Of a DNA stretch of 64,000 nucleotides, positions 53,229 through 63,491 are shown in pieces. The translations under genes and the position numbers were made by a program. Numbering within the stretch: position 1 is the stretch's first letter; the number at the start of each line of letters is the position of its first letter. Below the pieces are notes generated by a model. That model saw only the letters and a list, made by a program, of their open reading frames with translations. It had not been told where the DNA came from and did not search any database. Location of the stretch: assembly GCA_009839835.1 (NCBI GenBank), contig VXOY01000010.1, positions 4,025 to 68,024 of the forward strand. The letters are read 5' to 3'. The DNA is from Candidatus Spechtbacteria bacterium SB0662_bin_43. Its GTDB lineage: Bacteria; Patescibacteriota; Minisyncoccia; Spechtbacterales; 2-12-FULL-38-22.

Positions 53229-53306
53229 ATTTTCTTTTTTATGCCCAGCTCACTACAAAGACAATCTTGTGTACGGTAGTGGCATTGTATGCATAAAAAA
53301 GAAAAT
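53229..53306. repeat. Dispersed structured repeat, family A (copy 3)
   Basis: ATTTTCTTTTTTATGC-CCAGCT..AAAGACAAT..GGTAGT..-GCATAAAAAAGAAAAT. Confidence 0.8.
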
Positions 53307-53376
53307 CCTCCCGCTGATACTCATTAATATATACACAAACAGCGCAGTGTTCGTTATCATTTAATTCGTTATTTTT

Positions 53377-54411
53377 ATGGCACGTACCATAGCTATCAAT
53401 GGGTTTGGAAGGATAGGAAGAGCGGTTTTCAAACAAGCAATAGAACGTTCTCGTGATTTCAATGTTGTTGCTGTCAATGATTTGGCAACACCAGAAAACT
53501 TAGCATATCTCTTGCAGTACGACTCGGCAAATGGAAAATATGATAAAAGCGTCCGCGTCAAGAAAAAGGGAGAGATGCACTACCTCATCGTAGACGATAA
53601 GCGGTACGTGTTGTACGCAATGCAGGACCCTACGCAGTTGCCGTGGGGTGATTTGGGTGTAGATGTTGTTATTGAATCAACGGGTATTTTTACAACAAAA
53701 GAGAAGGCGCAGCAGCATATTGCAGCAGGCGCAAAGCGGGTTGTTATTTCCGCACCTGCAAAAGACGAAAACACACCGCATATTTTGATGGGTTCTAATC
53801 ACAAAACCTTATGCAAAGAGGGGCTGGATACCGTGACTTCAAACGCCTCTTGTACAACCAATGCAGTAACGCCCCTTATGGCTATTTTGTCAGAGAGCCT
53901 GGGGGTTGTAAAAAGTTTGATGACAACAGTCCACGGATACACTGCGAGTCAATCGTTGGTTGATTCCACAGTAAAAGGGGATGATTTTTTGCGAGGTCGG
54001 GCAGCAGCAATGAATATCGTTCCTTCGAACACAGGTGCCGCAAAAGCGACCGCAAAAGCCCTACCTCATTTGAATGATAGGTTTGACGCAGTTGCAGTTC
54101 GCGTTCCTGTTATTGTAGGGTCTCTGGTAGATTTAACCGTGCTCGTTGAAAAGAAGACGAGTGTAGAAGCAGTGAACGCACTGTTCCGCGAAGCCCAAGA
54201 CAGTGATAGGTGGAAGGGGATTCTGGAGGTGAGTGATACACCGCTCGTCTCATCAGACATTGTCGGCAACACGAGCGCGTCTATCGTTGATACAACGTAC
54301 ACCCGTGTTGTTGATGGCGATTTTATTAAAATTCTCGCGTGGTACGACAACGAATGGGGATATACGCACACTCTTCTTGAACACGCACAGCAGGTTGGTA
54401 ATCTTGTATAG
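53377..54411 (+). CDS. gap: Glyceraldehyde-3-phosphate dehydrogenase
   Basis: INGFGRIGR, SNASCTTN and WYDNEWGY. Confidence 0.98.
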   Translation: MARTIAINGFGRIGRAVFKQAIERSRDFNVVAVNDLATPENLAYLLQYDSANGKYDKSVRVKKKGEMHYLIVDDKRYVLYAMQDPTQLPWGDLGVDVVIESTGIFTTKEKAQQHIAAGAKRVVISAPAKDENTPHILMGSNHKTLCKEGLDTVTSNASCTTNAVTPLMAILSESLGVVKSLMTTVHGYTASQSLVDSTVKGDDFLRGRAAAMNIVPSNTGAAKATAKALPHLNDRFDAVAVRVPVIVGSLVDLTVLVEKKTSVEAVNALFREAQDSDRWKGILEVSDTPLVSSDIVGNTSASIVDTTYTRVVDGDFIKILAWYDNEWGYTHTLLEHAQQVGNLV

Positions 54412-54417
54412 TCAATA

Positions 54418-56061
54418 ATGAAAATAGGCGAACAATTAGAATCTATTCTTGAGGGTGATGTTTCAATGGACTCAAAGGTTCTTGCAGAGCACTCAAGAGA
54501 CGCGAGCTTATTTCGGGTAGCGCCACGTGTCGTTGTGTTTCCTCGGTCGTCTTCTGATGTGCAGCAGGTCGTCCGCTTTGTTAATAGGAACAAGAAGGCG
54601 CACTCCAGACTTTCTATCACAGCGCGGAGCGCAGGCACTGATATGAGCGGAGGCCCATTGAACGACTCCATTATTTTGTCGTTCACAAAGTATATGAATA
54701 AATTGAAGATGCATAAAAAGACCGCAACTGTGGAGCCAGGGTTGTACCATCGCGATTTTGAAAAACAGGTGTATCCACGAAACCTCTTTATGCCAAGCTA
54801 CCCTGCGTCAAAAGATTTAGCAGCGTTTGGTGGGCTGATTAACAATAACTCTGGAGGAGAATTGACGTTGCGATACGGAAAAACGAATAGATACGTGAAG
54901 AAACTCAAGGTGGTGTGTGCAGATGGCAACGAGTATGTGTTTGCTCCGCTCCATAAAAAGGAAAGGGAAGCAAAGTGCAGGAAGAACGATTTTGAAGGAG
55001 CGTTGTACCGTAAAACATACGGCTTAATCCAGAAGCACTACGACGCTATCTGCGCTGCGCGTCCCAATGTGTCAAAAAACTCAGCAGGATATGCGTTGTG
55101 GGATGTGTACGACAAAAAGAAAGATATTTTTGATCTAACACAGTTAATCGTTGGGGCTCAGGGTACGCTCGGGATGGTTGTTGAGGCAGATATAAAATTG
55201 GTGCCAATACCAAAGCACAGGCGACTCGCTGTTCTTTTTTTGAAAGAATGGGACAGGATCCCTGAGATAGTCAATGCTCTTCTGCCCCAGGATCCCGAGA
55301 GTATGGAGGTGTTTGACGATGAAACTTTGAAACTCGCGCTCCGTTTTTTTCCTGAAATCGCGAGCCGTACCGAGAACCAAAACATAGTGAAGATGGCGTT
55401 TCAATTCATGCCAGAGTTCTTGATAGGAGTACGGATGATGCGGTTACCCAAATTGGTGATTTTGGTAGAAATAGCAGAACATACAAAAAAAGAGGCAGAG
55501 AAAAAATTGAGCGCACTGGAGGAGGAGATGACGGCAATGAAGGTGATACATCGTTCTTTTCGAACAGAAGAGGAGGCAGAAAAATACTGGACTATTCGCA
55601 GAGAGAGCTTTGCGTTGTTGCGAAAGCATGTCGGCAACAAACGAACCGCACCATTTATTGATGATATTATCGTGCGACCCGATGTACTGCCAGTCGTATT
55701 GCCAAAGGTTTTGAGTGTGTTGAAACAATACTCTATCAAGGCAACGCTTGCAGGGCACGCAGGAGACGGCAATTTTCACATTATCCCTTTGATGAACCTT
55801 GAGGATCCGCGCGAACGTGCAAAAATTCCCATCGTTTCTGAAAAAGTGTACGATATTGTATTACAATACGGAGGCTCTATAACCGCAGAGCACAACGATG
55901 GGTTAATCCGTTCACCCTACCTGCAAAAGATGTATGGCAAGGATATGTACAAGATATTTCAAGAGGTAAAGCACATCTTTGACCCAAAGGGTATTTTTAA
56001 TCCACGGAAAAAAATGAGCGCTGGTATGGAGTACGCAAAAACCCACATTGACCATATATAG
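54418..56061 (+). CDS. FAD-binding oxidoreductase (GlcD/D-lactate dehydrogenase family)
   Basis: RSAGTDMSG, GHAGDGNFH, SITAEHNDG and FDPKGIFNP. Confidence 0.9.
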   Translation: MKIGEQLESILEGDVSMDSKVLAEHSRDASLFRVAPRVVVFPRSSSDVQQVVRFVNRNKKAHSRLSITARSAGTDMSGGPLNDSIILSFTKYMNKLKMHKKTATVEPGLYHRDFEKQVYPRNLFMPSYPASKDLAAFGGLINNNSGGELTLRYGKTNRYVKKLKVVCADGNEYVFAPLHKKEREAKCRKNDFEGALYRKTYGLIQKHYDAICAARPNVSKNSAGYALWDVYDKKKDIFDLTQLIVGAQGTLGMVVEADIKLVPIPKHRRLAVLFLKEWDRIPEIVNALLPQDPESMEVFDDETLKLALRFFPEIASRTENQNIVKMAFQFMPEFLIGVRMMRLPKLVILVEIAEHTKKEAEKKLSALEEEMTAMKVIHRSFRTEEEAEKYWTIRRESFALLRKHVGNKRTAPFIDDIIVRPDVLPVVLPKVLSVLKQYSIKATLAGHAGDGNFHIIPLMNLEDPRERAKIPIVSEKVYDIVLQYGGSITAEHNDGLIRSPYLQKMYGKDMYKIFQEVKHIFDPKGIFNPRKKMSAGMEYAKTHIDHI

Positions 56062-56064
56062 TGT

Positions 56065-56514
56065 ATGAAAGTATATCTTGGAACAGACCACGCAGGGCAC
56101 GAACTCAAGGAGCACGTCAAAGATTGGCTTGCGTCTCGTTCTTTTGCAGTTGAGGATTGTGGTGCGTTTTCTTTAGATATTGGTGATGACTATAACGAAT
56201 TTGTGTTTCGTGTAGCAGAACATATTGCACAGAGCAATGTTGATAGAGGAATTATTTTTGGTGGCAGTGGTCAAGGAGAGGCAATGCAAGCGAATCGAGT
56301 ACAAGGTGTTCGTGCTGCAGTGTTCTACGGTGGCGATACAGAGATTGTGCGGCTGAGCAGAGAACACAATAACGCGAATATTTTATCAATTGGCGCGCGG
56401 TTCGTATCTCAAGAAGAGGCGTTACGGGTGATACAGATATGGTTGGGTGAGCCATTTTCAGGGCACGAACGACACAAGAGAAGGAATAAAAAGTTAGATG
56501 AACTCCTCACTTGA
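56065..56514 (+). CDS. rpiB: Ribose-5-phosphate isomerase B
   Basis: GTDHAG, GGSGQG, SREHNNAN and ERHKRR. Confidence 0.93.
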   Translation: MKVYLGTDHAGHELKEHVKDWLASRSFAVEDCGAFSLDIGDDYNEFVFRVAEHIAQSNVDRGIIFGGSGQGEAMQANRVQGVRAAVFYGGDTEIVRLSREHNNANILSIGARFVSQEEALRVIQIWLGEPFSGHERHKRRNKKLDELLT

Positions 56515-57148
56515 AATTATCCCTGCGATTCTTACAACGAGCGCTGAGGATGCACGAAAGAAAGCAGACGCAGTGTCTCCGTTTGTGCGATGGGTACAGC
56601 TGGATGTATGCGATGGCTTTTTTGCACCATCTGCTACCTGGGGCGATCCTCGCGCAATACGAACGCACCTCAGGAACGTTTTTGTGGAGGTTCATTTGAT
56701 GGTACAAAACCCAGAACAGAGCATAGACGAATGGTTGGATTCGGGCGTCAAGAGAATATATGTCCACTACGAATCAACCCAGCATCTGCCTTTGGTGCTG
56801 CAAAAGATACAAGACGCAAGCATAAAGGCAGGGGTCGCGTTACTACCCCAAACACCTGTTGATGTTGTTGAAGCCGTTGCTCATACCATAGACGCAGTCT
56901 TGTTATTTAGCGGCAATTTAGGCGCGTATGGAGGTGAGTTCTTGGAGGAACCAACATTGGCGAACATAGCAGCATTGCGAAAACAGTACACAGATATTAT
57001 GATAGAGGTAGATGGAGGTATGAATCCACACACAGCACAGAAGGTATATCGCAGCGGGGCACGGGCAATTGTGTCAGGAGGGTTTATTTTTCAAAGCAAT
57101 TCAGTGCGTGATGCTGTGGAACAATTGAAGAGTGTGGCGTATAATTAA
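56498..57148 (+). CDS. rpe: Ribulose-phosphate 3-epimerase
   Basis: IIPAIL, LDVCDG, EVHLMV and EVDGG. Confidence 0.92.
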   Translation: MNSSLEIIPAILTTSAEDARKKADAVSPFVRWVQLDVCDGFFAPSATWGDPRAIRTHLRNVFVEVHLMVQNPEQSIDEWLDSGVKRIYVHYESTQHLPLVLQKIQDASIKAGVALLPQTPVDVVEAVAHTIDAVLLFSGNLGAYGGEFLEEPTLANIAALRKQYTDIMIEVDGGMNPHTAQKVYRSGARAIVSGGFIFQSNSVRDAVEQLKSVAYN

Positions 57149-57156
57149 ACTATACA

Positions 57157-58026
57157 ATGCCAATACCACCTATTCATAACGACAAAGTCAAAGTACTTGA
57201 AAAAAAAGCGATTGAGATTCGCGAGGATATTTTACAGTCATTGTACGAGGCGGGCAGCGGTCACTCTGCTGGCCCATTGGGGATGGCAGATGTTTTCACT
57301 GCGTTGTATTTTCATATTCTGAATCATAAACCCCAGAATCCGTATTGGGAGGACAGGGATAGGATGGTTTTATCAAATGGCCATATTGTTCCTGGGCAGT
57401 ACGTTACGCTTGCGCACGCAGGGTATCTTCCCATAGAAGAGTTGAAGTCGTTGCGAAAACTGGGGACACGGCTCCAAGGACACCCTCACCGCCCTGCTTT
57501 GCCTGGCATTGAGACAACGAGTGGACCCTTAGGAAGCGGACTGGGGCAAGCATCTGGGATGGCGTGGAGCGCATTGCTTGATGGGAAAAAATGGCGCGTG
57601 TATTGTGTGATGAGCGATGGAGAGCAAGACGCAGGCAATACATGGGAGGCTGCTATGTGGGCAGGCAAGCATAGGTTGCATAACCTTACTGCAGTAATGG
57701 ATAGAAACAATATTCAAATAGATGGATACACTGAGGACGTGATGCCGCTTGAGCCCCTGAAAGAAAAGTACGAAGCGTTCAATTGGAAGGTACTTGAAAT
57801 AGATGGGCACAACATAGGAGAGATTGTCCGCGCATACAAGGAGGCTGAAGCAATTTTTGAAAAACCTGTCCTGATAATCGCAAATACTATTCCGGGATGG
57901 GGCGTTGAGTTTATGGAAAATAAGTACGAGTGGCACGGTAAGCCTCCGAGCTCATTGAAAGAATTAAAGGAGGCTCTGGACGATCTCCGCACCCTTGAAG
58001 GCAGGATTGAGAGCGAGCATAGATAA
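57157..58026 (+). CDS. Transketolase, N-terminal subunit
   Basis: GSGHSAG, LSNGH, LQGHP, GPLGSG, SDGE and WHG. Confidence 0.94.
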   Translation: MPIPPIHNDKVKVLEKKAIEIREDILQSLYEAGSGHSAGPLGMADVFTALYFHILNHKPQNPYWEDRDRMVLSNGHIVPGQYVTLAHAGYLPIEELKSLRKLGTRLQGHPHRPALPGIETTSGPLGSGLGQASGMAWSALLDGKKWRVYCVMSDGEQDAGNTWEAAMWAGKHRLHNLTAVMDRNNIQIDGYTEDVMPLEPLKEKYEAFNWKVLEIDGHNIGEIVRAYKEAEAIFEKPVLIIANTIPGWGVEFMENKYEWHGKPPSSLKELKEALDDLRTLEGRIESEHR

Positions 58027-58035
58027 TATGTTGCT

Positions 58036-59172
58036 ATGACAGCGAAATCCAAAAAACGACAATTAGAAAAAGCAAAACAACGCAACAATAAGGCGAGTCG
58101 CGAGGCGTTTTTTGATAAATTGAAAACAACAGGACACGAACCATTGCCTGACCCTACAAAGTTTAGAATAGGCAACGTCTTGAAACCCTTGTTTCTCCTC
58201 GGGGTTCTTGCCCTTGTACTCTTTTTCGGATATCAATCTCTCGTTGATTCCGATAGTGGGAGTATTGGATCGCAGGACAATAGTGGCAATACCAACACTG
58301 CTGTTGTACCTGATGATACGCAGACCCAAGATGACAAAGATAACACATCCAACAATGATAACATTAGCAGCGATACAGGTGATTTCTCGGTTGCTATCAG
58401 GAGTAGTATTGCTATTTCCGAGCCTACAACCATATCGTATGGCTTACCTTCGTCTCTATCAGCCGCAGAGGTTGCATTATTGGATAGCGAACTCCACCTT
58501 GTTGATAAAGATGGCGCGTACATTGGCTATATTACAGATTTGCCCTTGAGTGACACGAGTTTTGAGTGGAATCCTCAAGTTGTGTATCAAGAAAAAGGGA
58601 GCGAGGTTATTCAGGCACCACAGCAAGGACTCTATCACTTGATGATAGCGTTACGCCCCAATGACCAAGCAGAAACCCCACTGTCTGAATTGGAGCAGAC
58701 CACAATAAGCAATACGTTCGATATTGAGTACGATGAATCAGTAGAGGAGTCTCCATTTCGATGCTTTAGCCTTCGAGAATACAATCAGATACGAGGGTAC
58801 TCGTCGATAGTGAACCTCTTAGAGGAACGAGGTTTTACAGTGAGCGGGCAGGAAACGGCGTGTTATTCACCAGATCAATCGCCAGGAGAGTCGTCGCCAG
58901 ACCAAGCAGTAATGATAGTTCTTATGAACGAGCGTTCAGAACGTGGGTATCCTTTGATATTCCGCTTCGTCATAAAGAAATACTCAGAGGACGATAGAAC
59001 AGAGGTAGGTGCAGCTCAGGCAGTATATGCTATTCCGCGCGACCAAGAGCTAACGATTAACTCACTGAGCGTAGGGCGCAGACAGGGCGCTATTGTACCC
59101 CTTGTTGTGAATGGTTGGTCGCTGTTCAATTACAATTTTGTTACTAATGTTATTACCGCCGTTGCTGGATAG
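58036..59172 (+). CDS. Hypothetical single-TM protein between the two transketolase halves
   Basis: Basic N-terminus, TM, D/N/S linker, then ectodomain. Confidence 0.75.
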   Translation: MTAKSKKRQLEKAKQRNNKASREAFFDKLKTTGHEPLPDPTKFRIGNVLKPLFLLGVLALVLFFGYQSLVDSDSGSIGSQDNSGNTNTAVVPDDTQTQDDKDNTSNNDNISSDTGDFSVAIRSSIAISEPTTISYGLPSSLSAAEVALLDSELHLVDKDGAYIGYITDLPLSDTSFEWNPQVVYQEKGSEVIQAPQQGLYHLMIALRPNDQAETPLSELEQTTISNTFDIEYDESVEESPFRCFSLREYNQIRGYSSIVNLLEERGFTVSGQETACYSPDQSPGESSPDQAVMIVLMNERSERGYPLIFRFVIKKYSEDDRTEVGAAQAVYAIPRDQELTINSLSVGRRQGAIVPLVVNGWSLFNYNFVTNVITAVAG

Positions 59173-59189
59173 CAACTCCTTTACTACGT

Positions 59190-60209
59190 ATGAAGTATAA
59201 TTCTCGTCTTTCTCTTTCACAACCTCAGTTCACCCTTCAGTCAAAAGTAGAGTACGCAAAGACGCGGGATGGGTATGGGCGTGGTCTTGTTGAGGCAGGG
59301 GTTGCGAATAAAAATGTCATTGTTTTGTGTGCTGACCTGTCTGAGAGTACGCGGTCAGAATGGTTTGCAAAAGAGTTTCCCGACCGATTCGTTCAAATGG
59401 GGGTTGCAGAGCAGAATATGGCTACTGTTGCCGCAGGTATTGCAGCAACAGGAAAGATAGTTTTTATCTCCTCGTACGCAGCGTTTTCTCCGGGCCGCAA
59501 CAACGAACAGATTCGTACAACGATTAGTTATAATTCGTGGGGTGCGGACGAAGACAAGAAAATAACCGTTATTATTGCAGGAGCGCACGCAGGTATCTCT
59601 GTTGGACCAGACGGAGCAACGCACCAAGCGCTGGAAGACGTTGCATTGATGCGCGTACAACCAGGTATGGTCGTGGTTGTCCCAACTGATTTGCACGAAG
59701 CACAGAAAGCAACTGTTGCTTTGGCGCAGCGAAAAGGTCCCGCGTATATTCGTTTTGGAAGGGCAGAGTACCCAATTATAACAACAGAAAAAACGCCTTT
59801 TGAAATCGGCAAAGCATTTGTATATACTGAAGGGAAAGATGCAACTATTGTCGCGAATGGACCTTTGGTACACAAGGCGTTGTGTGCGGCATCCGCGCTG
59901 GCGGAGCAGGGTGTTGTGTGTGAGGTTATCAATTGCCCAACAGTCAAGCCGCTTGACGGAGAGACAATAGAGCGCTCTGTTCGCAAGACAAATGCGCTGG
60001 TAAGTGCCGAAGAACACCAGATAACCGGAGGTCTGGGGTCTGTGCTGGCTGAGTATCTCAGTACTCACTACCCCGTACCGCAAGAGTTTATCGGTGTCAA
60101 AGATCGGTTTGGTGAGTCTGGTACTCCTGATGAATTATTCCAGCGATTTGAGATGGATGTTGTACACATCCAAGAAGCAGTACAAAGAGTTATTCAACGA
60201 AAATCATAG
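59190..60209 (+). CDS. Transketolase, C-terminal subunit
   Basis: GVAEQNM, GPDGATHQALED, EEHQITGGLG and FGESG. Confidence 0.94.
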   Translation: MKYNSRLSLSQPQFTLQSKVEYAKTRDGYGRGLVEAGVANKNVIVLCADLSESTRSEWFAKEFPDRFVQMGVAEQNMATVAAGIAATGKIVFISSYAAFSPGRNNEQIRTTISYNSWGADEDKKITVIIAGAHAGISVGPDGATHQALEDVALMRVQPGMVVVVPTDLHEAQKATVALAQRKGPAYIRFGRAEYPIITTEKTPFEIGKAFVYTEGKDATIVANGPLVHKALCAASALAEQGVVCEVINCPTVKPLDGETIERSVRKTNALVSAEEHQITGGLGSVLAEYLSTHYPVPQEFIGVKDRFGESGTPDELFQRFEMDVVHIQEAVQRVIQRKS

Positions 60210-60211
60210 GT

Positions 60212-61225
60212 ATGTTTTTGAGTAGAAAAAAATACGATATTGTCTCAGTTGGTTCAGCAGTATATGACGTCTATTTAGAGAGCAAGCATTTTCGCGCCAT
60301 TGAAGATGAATCGTTTGTAACAGGTACAGGGTTGTGTCTTGATTTGGGTGCAAAGTTATCCGTAGACAAGTTTCATCTCACAACAGGAGGAGGGGCGTTG
60401 AACACCGCGATAACATTTGCGAACCAAGGGTTGAGCGTTGCGCTTGCAACAAAGATAGGGAACGACACAAATGGTACTATTATACAGCACGTTATGCGCG
60501 AGCACGGTATTGCAACCGATTTTCTTACCGTTGATACAGATCGTCCAACAACGATGTCTATTTTGTTGCACGCAACGAAAAATGGGGAACGGAGCGTTAT
60601 CTCGTGCAAAGGTGCGTCAGCCTACCTCAATGCTCAAGAGCTGCCCATTGCAAAAGTATTGTCGCACACAAATTGGCTCTACATTACGCACATCCCTGAA
60701 GGGGGCAGTGGTTTATTTGAAGAATTGGTTATGTCAGCACGAAGAAAAGGGGTTGCTATTGCATTAAATCCAGGAAAGACACAGTTGAAAATGAGGCATG
60801 ATTTAGTGCCATTGCTTGCGAACGTGTCAGTGTTTTTTGTCAATCAAGAGGAGGCGTCGCTCCTGACTGGTGTAGAGTACGAAAAAGAAGACGAGGTGTT
60901 TTCTCGATTGGATGAATGGGTGGATGGCTTAGTGGTTATGACAAAAGGAAAACAGGGTGTGTCTGTTTCTGATGGTAAGACACAGTGGAGTGCGCCATGT
61001 TTGCCCGATGCAGGGTTTGTTGACAGGACAGGAGCAGGGGATGCATTTGGATCTGGCTTCACGTCTGTTCTCTTGCGCCACGGTAGCGTAGAAGAGGCAA
61101 TACAAGTTGGGAGTGCGAACGCAACTGCTGTCCTGCGAGAATGGGGAGCAAACAGGGGGCTTTTACAGCACGATGATTCGCCTGATAGGTTTGGAACAGT
61201 AGATATAGTAAAGACAAAACTATGA
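60212..61225 (+). CDS. PfkB-family carbohydrate kinase
   Basis: GGGALNTA and DRTGAGDAFGSG. Confidence 0.93.
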   Translation: MFLSRKKYDIVSVGSAVYDVYLESKHFRAIEDESFVTGTGLCLDLGAKLSVDKFHLTTGGGALNTAITFANQGLSVALATKIGNDTNGTIIQHVMREHGIATDFLTVDTDRPTTMSILLHATKNGERSVISCKGASAYLNAQELPIAKVLSHTNWLYITHIPEGGSGLFEELVMSARRKGVAIALNPGKTQLKMRHDLVPLLANVSVFFVNQEEASLLTGVEYEKEDEVFSRLDEWVDGLVVMTKGKQGVSVSDGKTQWSAPCLPDAGFVDRTGAGDAFGSGFTSVLLRHGSVEEAIQVGSANATAVLREWGANRGLLQHDDSPDRFGTVDIVKTKL

Positions 61226-62454
61226 TTCGTCTTCACGATATAGTGCGTATTAAGGAGAAAAAGATGAAAGAACTGGATGTCCATATGCAGGCAAAGGTTG
61301 GAATCTCTGGTGTGCGCGAACGGCTTGAGAACACAATACAACAAGGCATAAATTCAAAGTTAGGCATACTGGGACTATCAGAGGATTCGTCGTATGACGA
61401 GGTGCACAAGGGGATTTTTCGCGCTGTGCAACACGATGAGGCACAGTTGTATAAGTATGTTGGAATAGAGCCTTCCAATGTTGATTTTCAAAAGATTACT
61501 CAGCGCGCACGGGAAATGGGTGGTGAGCAGAACGGATTTTTTCTCAAAAAAGAGTGCGCCCGTAAAATATTAGAGAAACGTCCTCCTGAGACAACGATGA
61601 AGCAGTTGGGGTACTCGTCTGTTGAAGAGATGCTCTCGCGCGAGGATATTATGGATGTTTTCTCTGCCCTTCGTTTTACAGAGAGTACAGAGTGGATGCA
61701 CAAGACATTTGATGACGCGTACTCTCGTTTTACAGCGAACGACTTTGAGAAGCGCGCGATAGAGATTCGCGTCTTGGGCGACCAATGGAAAGAAGTTGCA
61801 GAAAAGTTTGTCGCAAAAAAACATCACAACGTGAGCCACCTGAAAGAGTTTGGCGTTATTTTTGTGAACCCTATTGCAGAGTCCGCACCAGGGAAATTCC
61901 TGCGCGACTTTGCGTTATTGCTCCACTACACGCACGAGATTGTATTTTATAGCAAGCTGTTTGAGCGATACATTGAGAGAGAAGATTTTAATGAGAGATT
62001 TTTGTCGCTGCTGCGTGGCGATGTTCCGCGACAGCCGCTTTTTCGGAGGAAGGGAGAGTGGTTGATTATTCAGCGATACCTCTGGAAAGAGAACCCGAAT
62101 GATAAACGGCTATTTGCGCCACGGGTGAATCCTGAATCGTTGCACTGGCGTAAGGCACAACAGGATATTGTCGCCTTGTCGCAAAAAGAGCAGATTGATG
62201 GATTTTCCCTCTGGGACGATTCCGACTACTTGGCAGCCTTCTTCCCGCACGCAAACGAGCTTGGAATGGTGAGCTTTGATATGGAAGACAGCGCGATGAG
62301 CTTTGTTGCGCACAACGAACAGCAAGACACTCGTTTTATCTATCACCAACAAGAGGCGCTCTGGAATAAAATATTCGCGTCATACGTTGGTGGGTACGAT
62401 AGATTGGAAGAGTACATTCTTGATTTTATGGACAGAGGGCGAATTACACTATAG
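61222..62454 (+). CDS. Hypothetical protein in the sugar-metabolism cluster
   Basis: 410-aa ORF overlapping the pfkB stop; His motifs KKHHNVSHLKE and LHYTHE. Confidence 0.75.
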   Translation: MIRLHDIVRIKEKKMKELDVHMQAKVGISGVRERLENTIQQGINSKLGILGLSEDSSYDEVHKGIFRAVQHDEAQLYKYVGIEPSNVDFQKITQRAREMGGEQNGFFLKKECARKILEKRPPETTMKQLGYSSVEEMLSREDIMDVFSALRFTESTEWMHKTFDDAYSRFTANDFEKRAIEIRVLGDQWKEVAEKFVAKKHHNVSHLKEFGVIFVNPIAESAPGKFLRDFALLLHYTHEIVFYSKLFERYIEREDFNERFLSLLRGDVPRQPLFRRKGEWLIIQRYLWKENPNDKRLFAPRVNPESLHWRKAQQDIVALSQKEQIDGFSLWDDSDYLAAFFPHANELGMVSFDMEDSAMSFVAHNEQQDTRFIYHQQEALWNKIFASYVGGYDRLEEYILDFMDRGRITL

Positions 62455-62466
62455 GGTGCAGTATTA

Positions 62467-62566
62467 CAGCGACCTCCAAAAGATTTTTTCTGGACTAAAC
62501 TGATTACAGCAACCGCCAGAAAAAACTTTTTTCGGTCGCTATGTGATATGTATAGAAAGTAAATTC
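62467..62566. repeat. Dispersed structured repeat, family B (copy 2)
   Basis: CAGCGACCTCCAAAAGATTTTTTCTGG...CCAGAAAAAACTTTTTTCGGTCGCT, homologous to 33291-33365. Confidence 0.85.
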
Positions 62567-62592
62567 TTTTTTATAATATAAGATATTGTTGT

Positions 62593-63468
62593 ATGAAAAC
62601 ATTGCGCGAATTGCACAAGCAGGCAAGGGAAGAAAAGTGGGCAATGCCGCACTTTAATTTTTCTACCATTGACCAATTGCACAGTTTGATAGAGACAGCG
62701 CATAGTATGCGTTCTCCGTTTGTCGTTGGCTTGTCTGAAGGGGAGAGAAAAGCCGTTGGTCTTCGTCAGGCAGTTGCTTTGATACGGAGTTTTCGGGAGC
62801 AAGGAAAATGTGTTTTTTTGAACGCTGACCATTCGCACAGTAAAGAGAGCGCGTTTGAAGCAATAGACGCTGGGTTTGATTCTATCCATATTGATCTATC
62901 CAAAGAAGAGTACGAGAAGAATAAGCAAGACACTCAGGAAGTTGTTGAGTACGCACGGGCACGGAACAGCGACATTGAGGTTGAGGGAGAGTTAGGGTAT
63001 CTGGTTACGGATTCGTCAAAAGTGTACACCGATACAATAGAGATACCCGAAGATTCGTACACGCAGCCTGAGCAAGCAAAAGAGTACGTTGAATATACGC
63101 AGGTTGATAGGTTCTCTCCTGTATTTGGCAACTTGCACGGTATTGCGGCAAACACTCCACAGATACGGTTTGATATTATCGAGAGCATACGGAAGGTGGT
63201 TCCTGAACATGTCACCCTCGTTGTCCACGGAGGCTCTGGTATCACTGATGTTGATTTTCAACACATTGTGCGGTCTGGATTTAGTAACGCGCACATTAGT
63301 ACTGAGATACGACTTGCGTACGCGCAGGGATTGCGAAAAGCACTGAACGAGGATCCAGATGAGATCGCCCCATATCGTTTTGTAAAGCAGGCGCAAAAAG
63401 CACTCCAAGATGTTGCGCGAAAGAAGATACTACTCTTTGGTTCAGACAATACGATTGCACAAGAGTAA
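62593..63468 (+). CDS. fba: Class II fructose-bisphosphate aldolase
   Basis: LNADH, VEGELG, GNLHG and VHGGSG. Confidence 0.93.
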   Translation: MKTLRELHKQAREEKWAMPHFNFSTIDQLHSLIETAHSMRSPFVVGLSEGERKAVGLRQAVALIRSFREQGKCVFLNADHSHSKESAFEAIDAGFDSIHIDLSKEEYEKNKQDTQEVVEYARARNSDIEVEGELGYLVTDSSKVYTDTIEIPEDSYTQPEQAKEYVEYTQVDRFSPVFGNLHGIAANTPQIRFDIIESIRKVVPEHVTLVVHGGSGITDVDFQHIVRSGFSNAHISTEIRLAYAQGLRKALNEDPDEIAPYRFVKQAQKALQDVARKKILLFGSDNTIAQE

Positions 63469-63491
63469 GAGATGCTGTATAATGATGTATT

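Noticed and set aside
48222-53306. Hairpin repeats as CRISPR repeats or integron attC sites
   Set aside because: They are not regularly spaced, lack RYYYAAC/GTTRRRY ends, and there is no cas or intI in the window.
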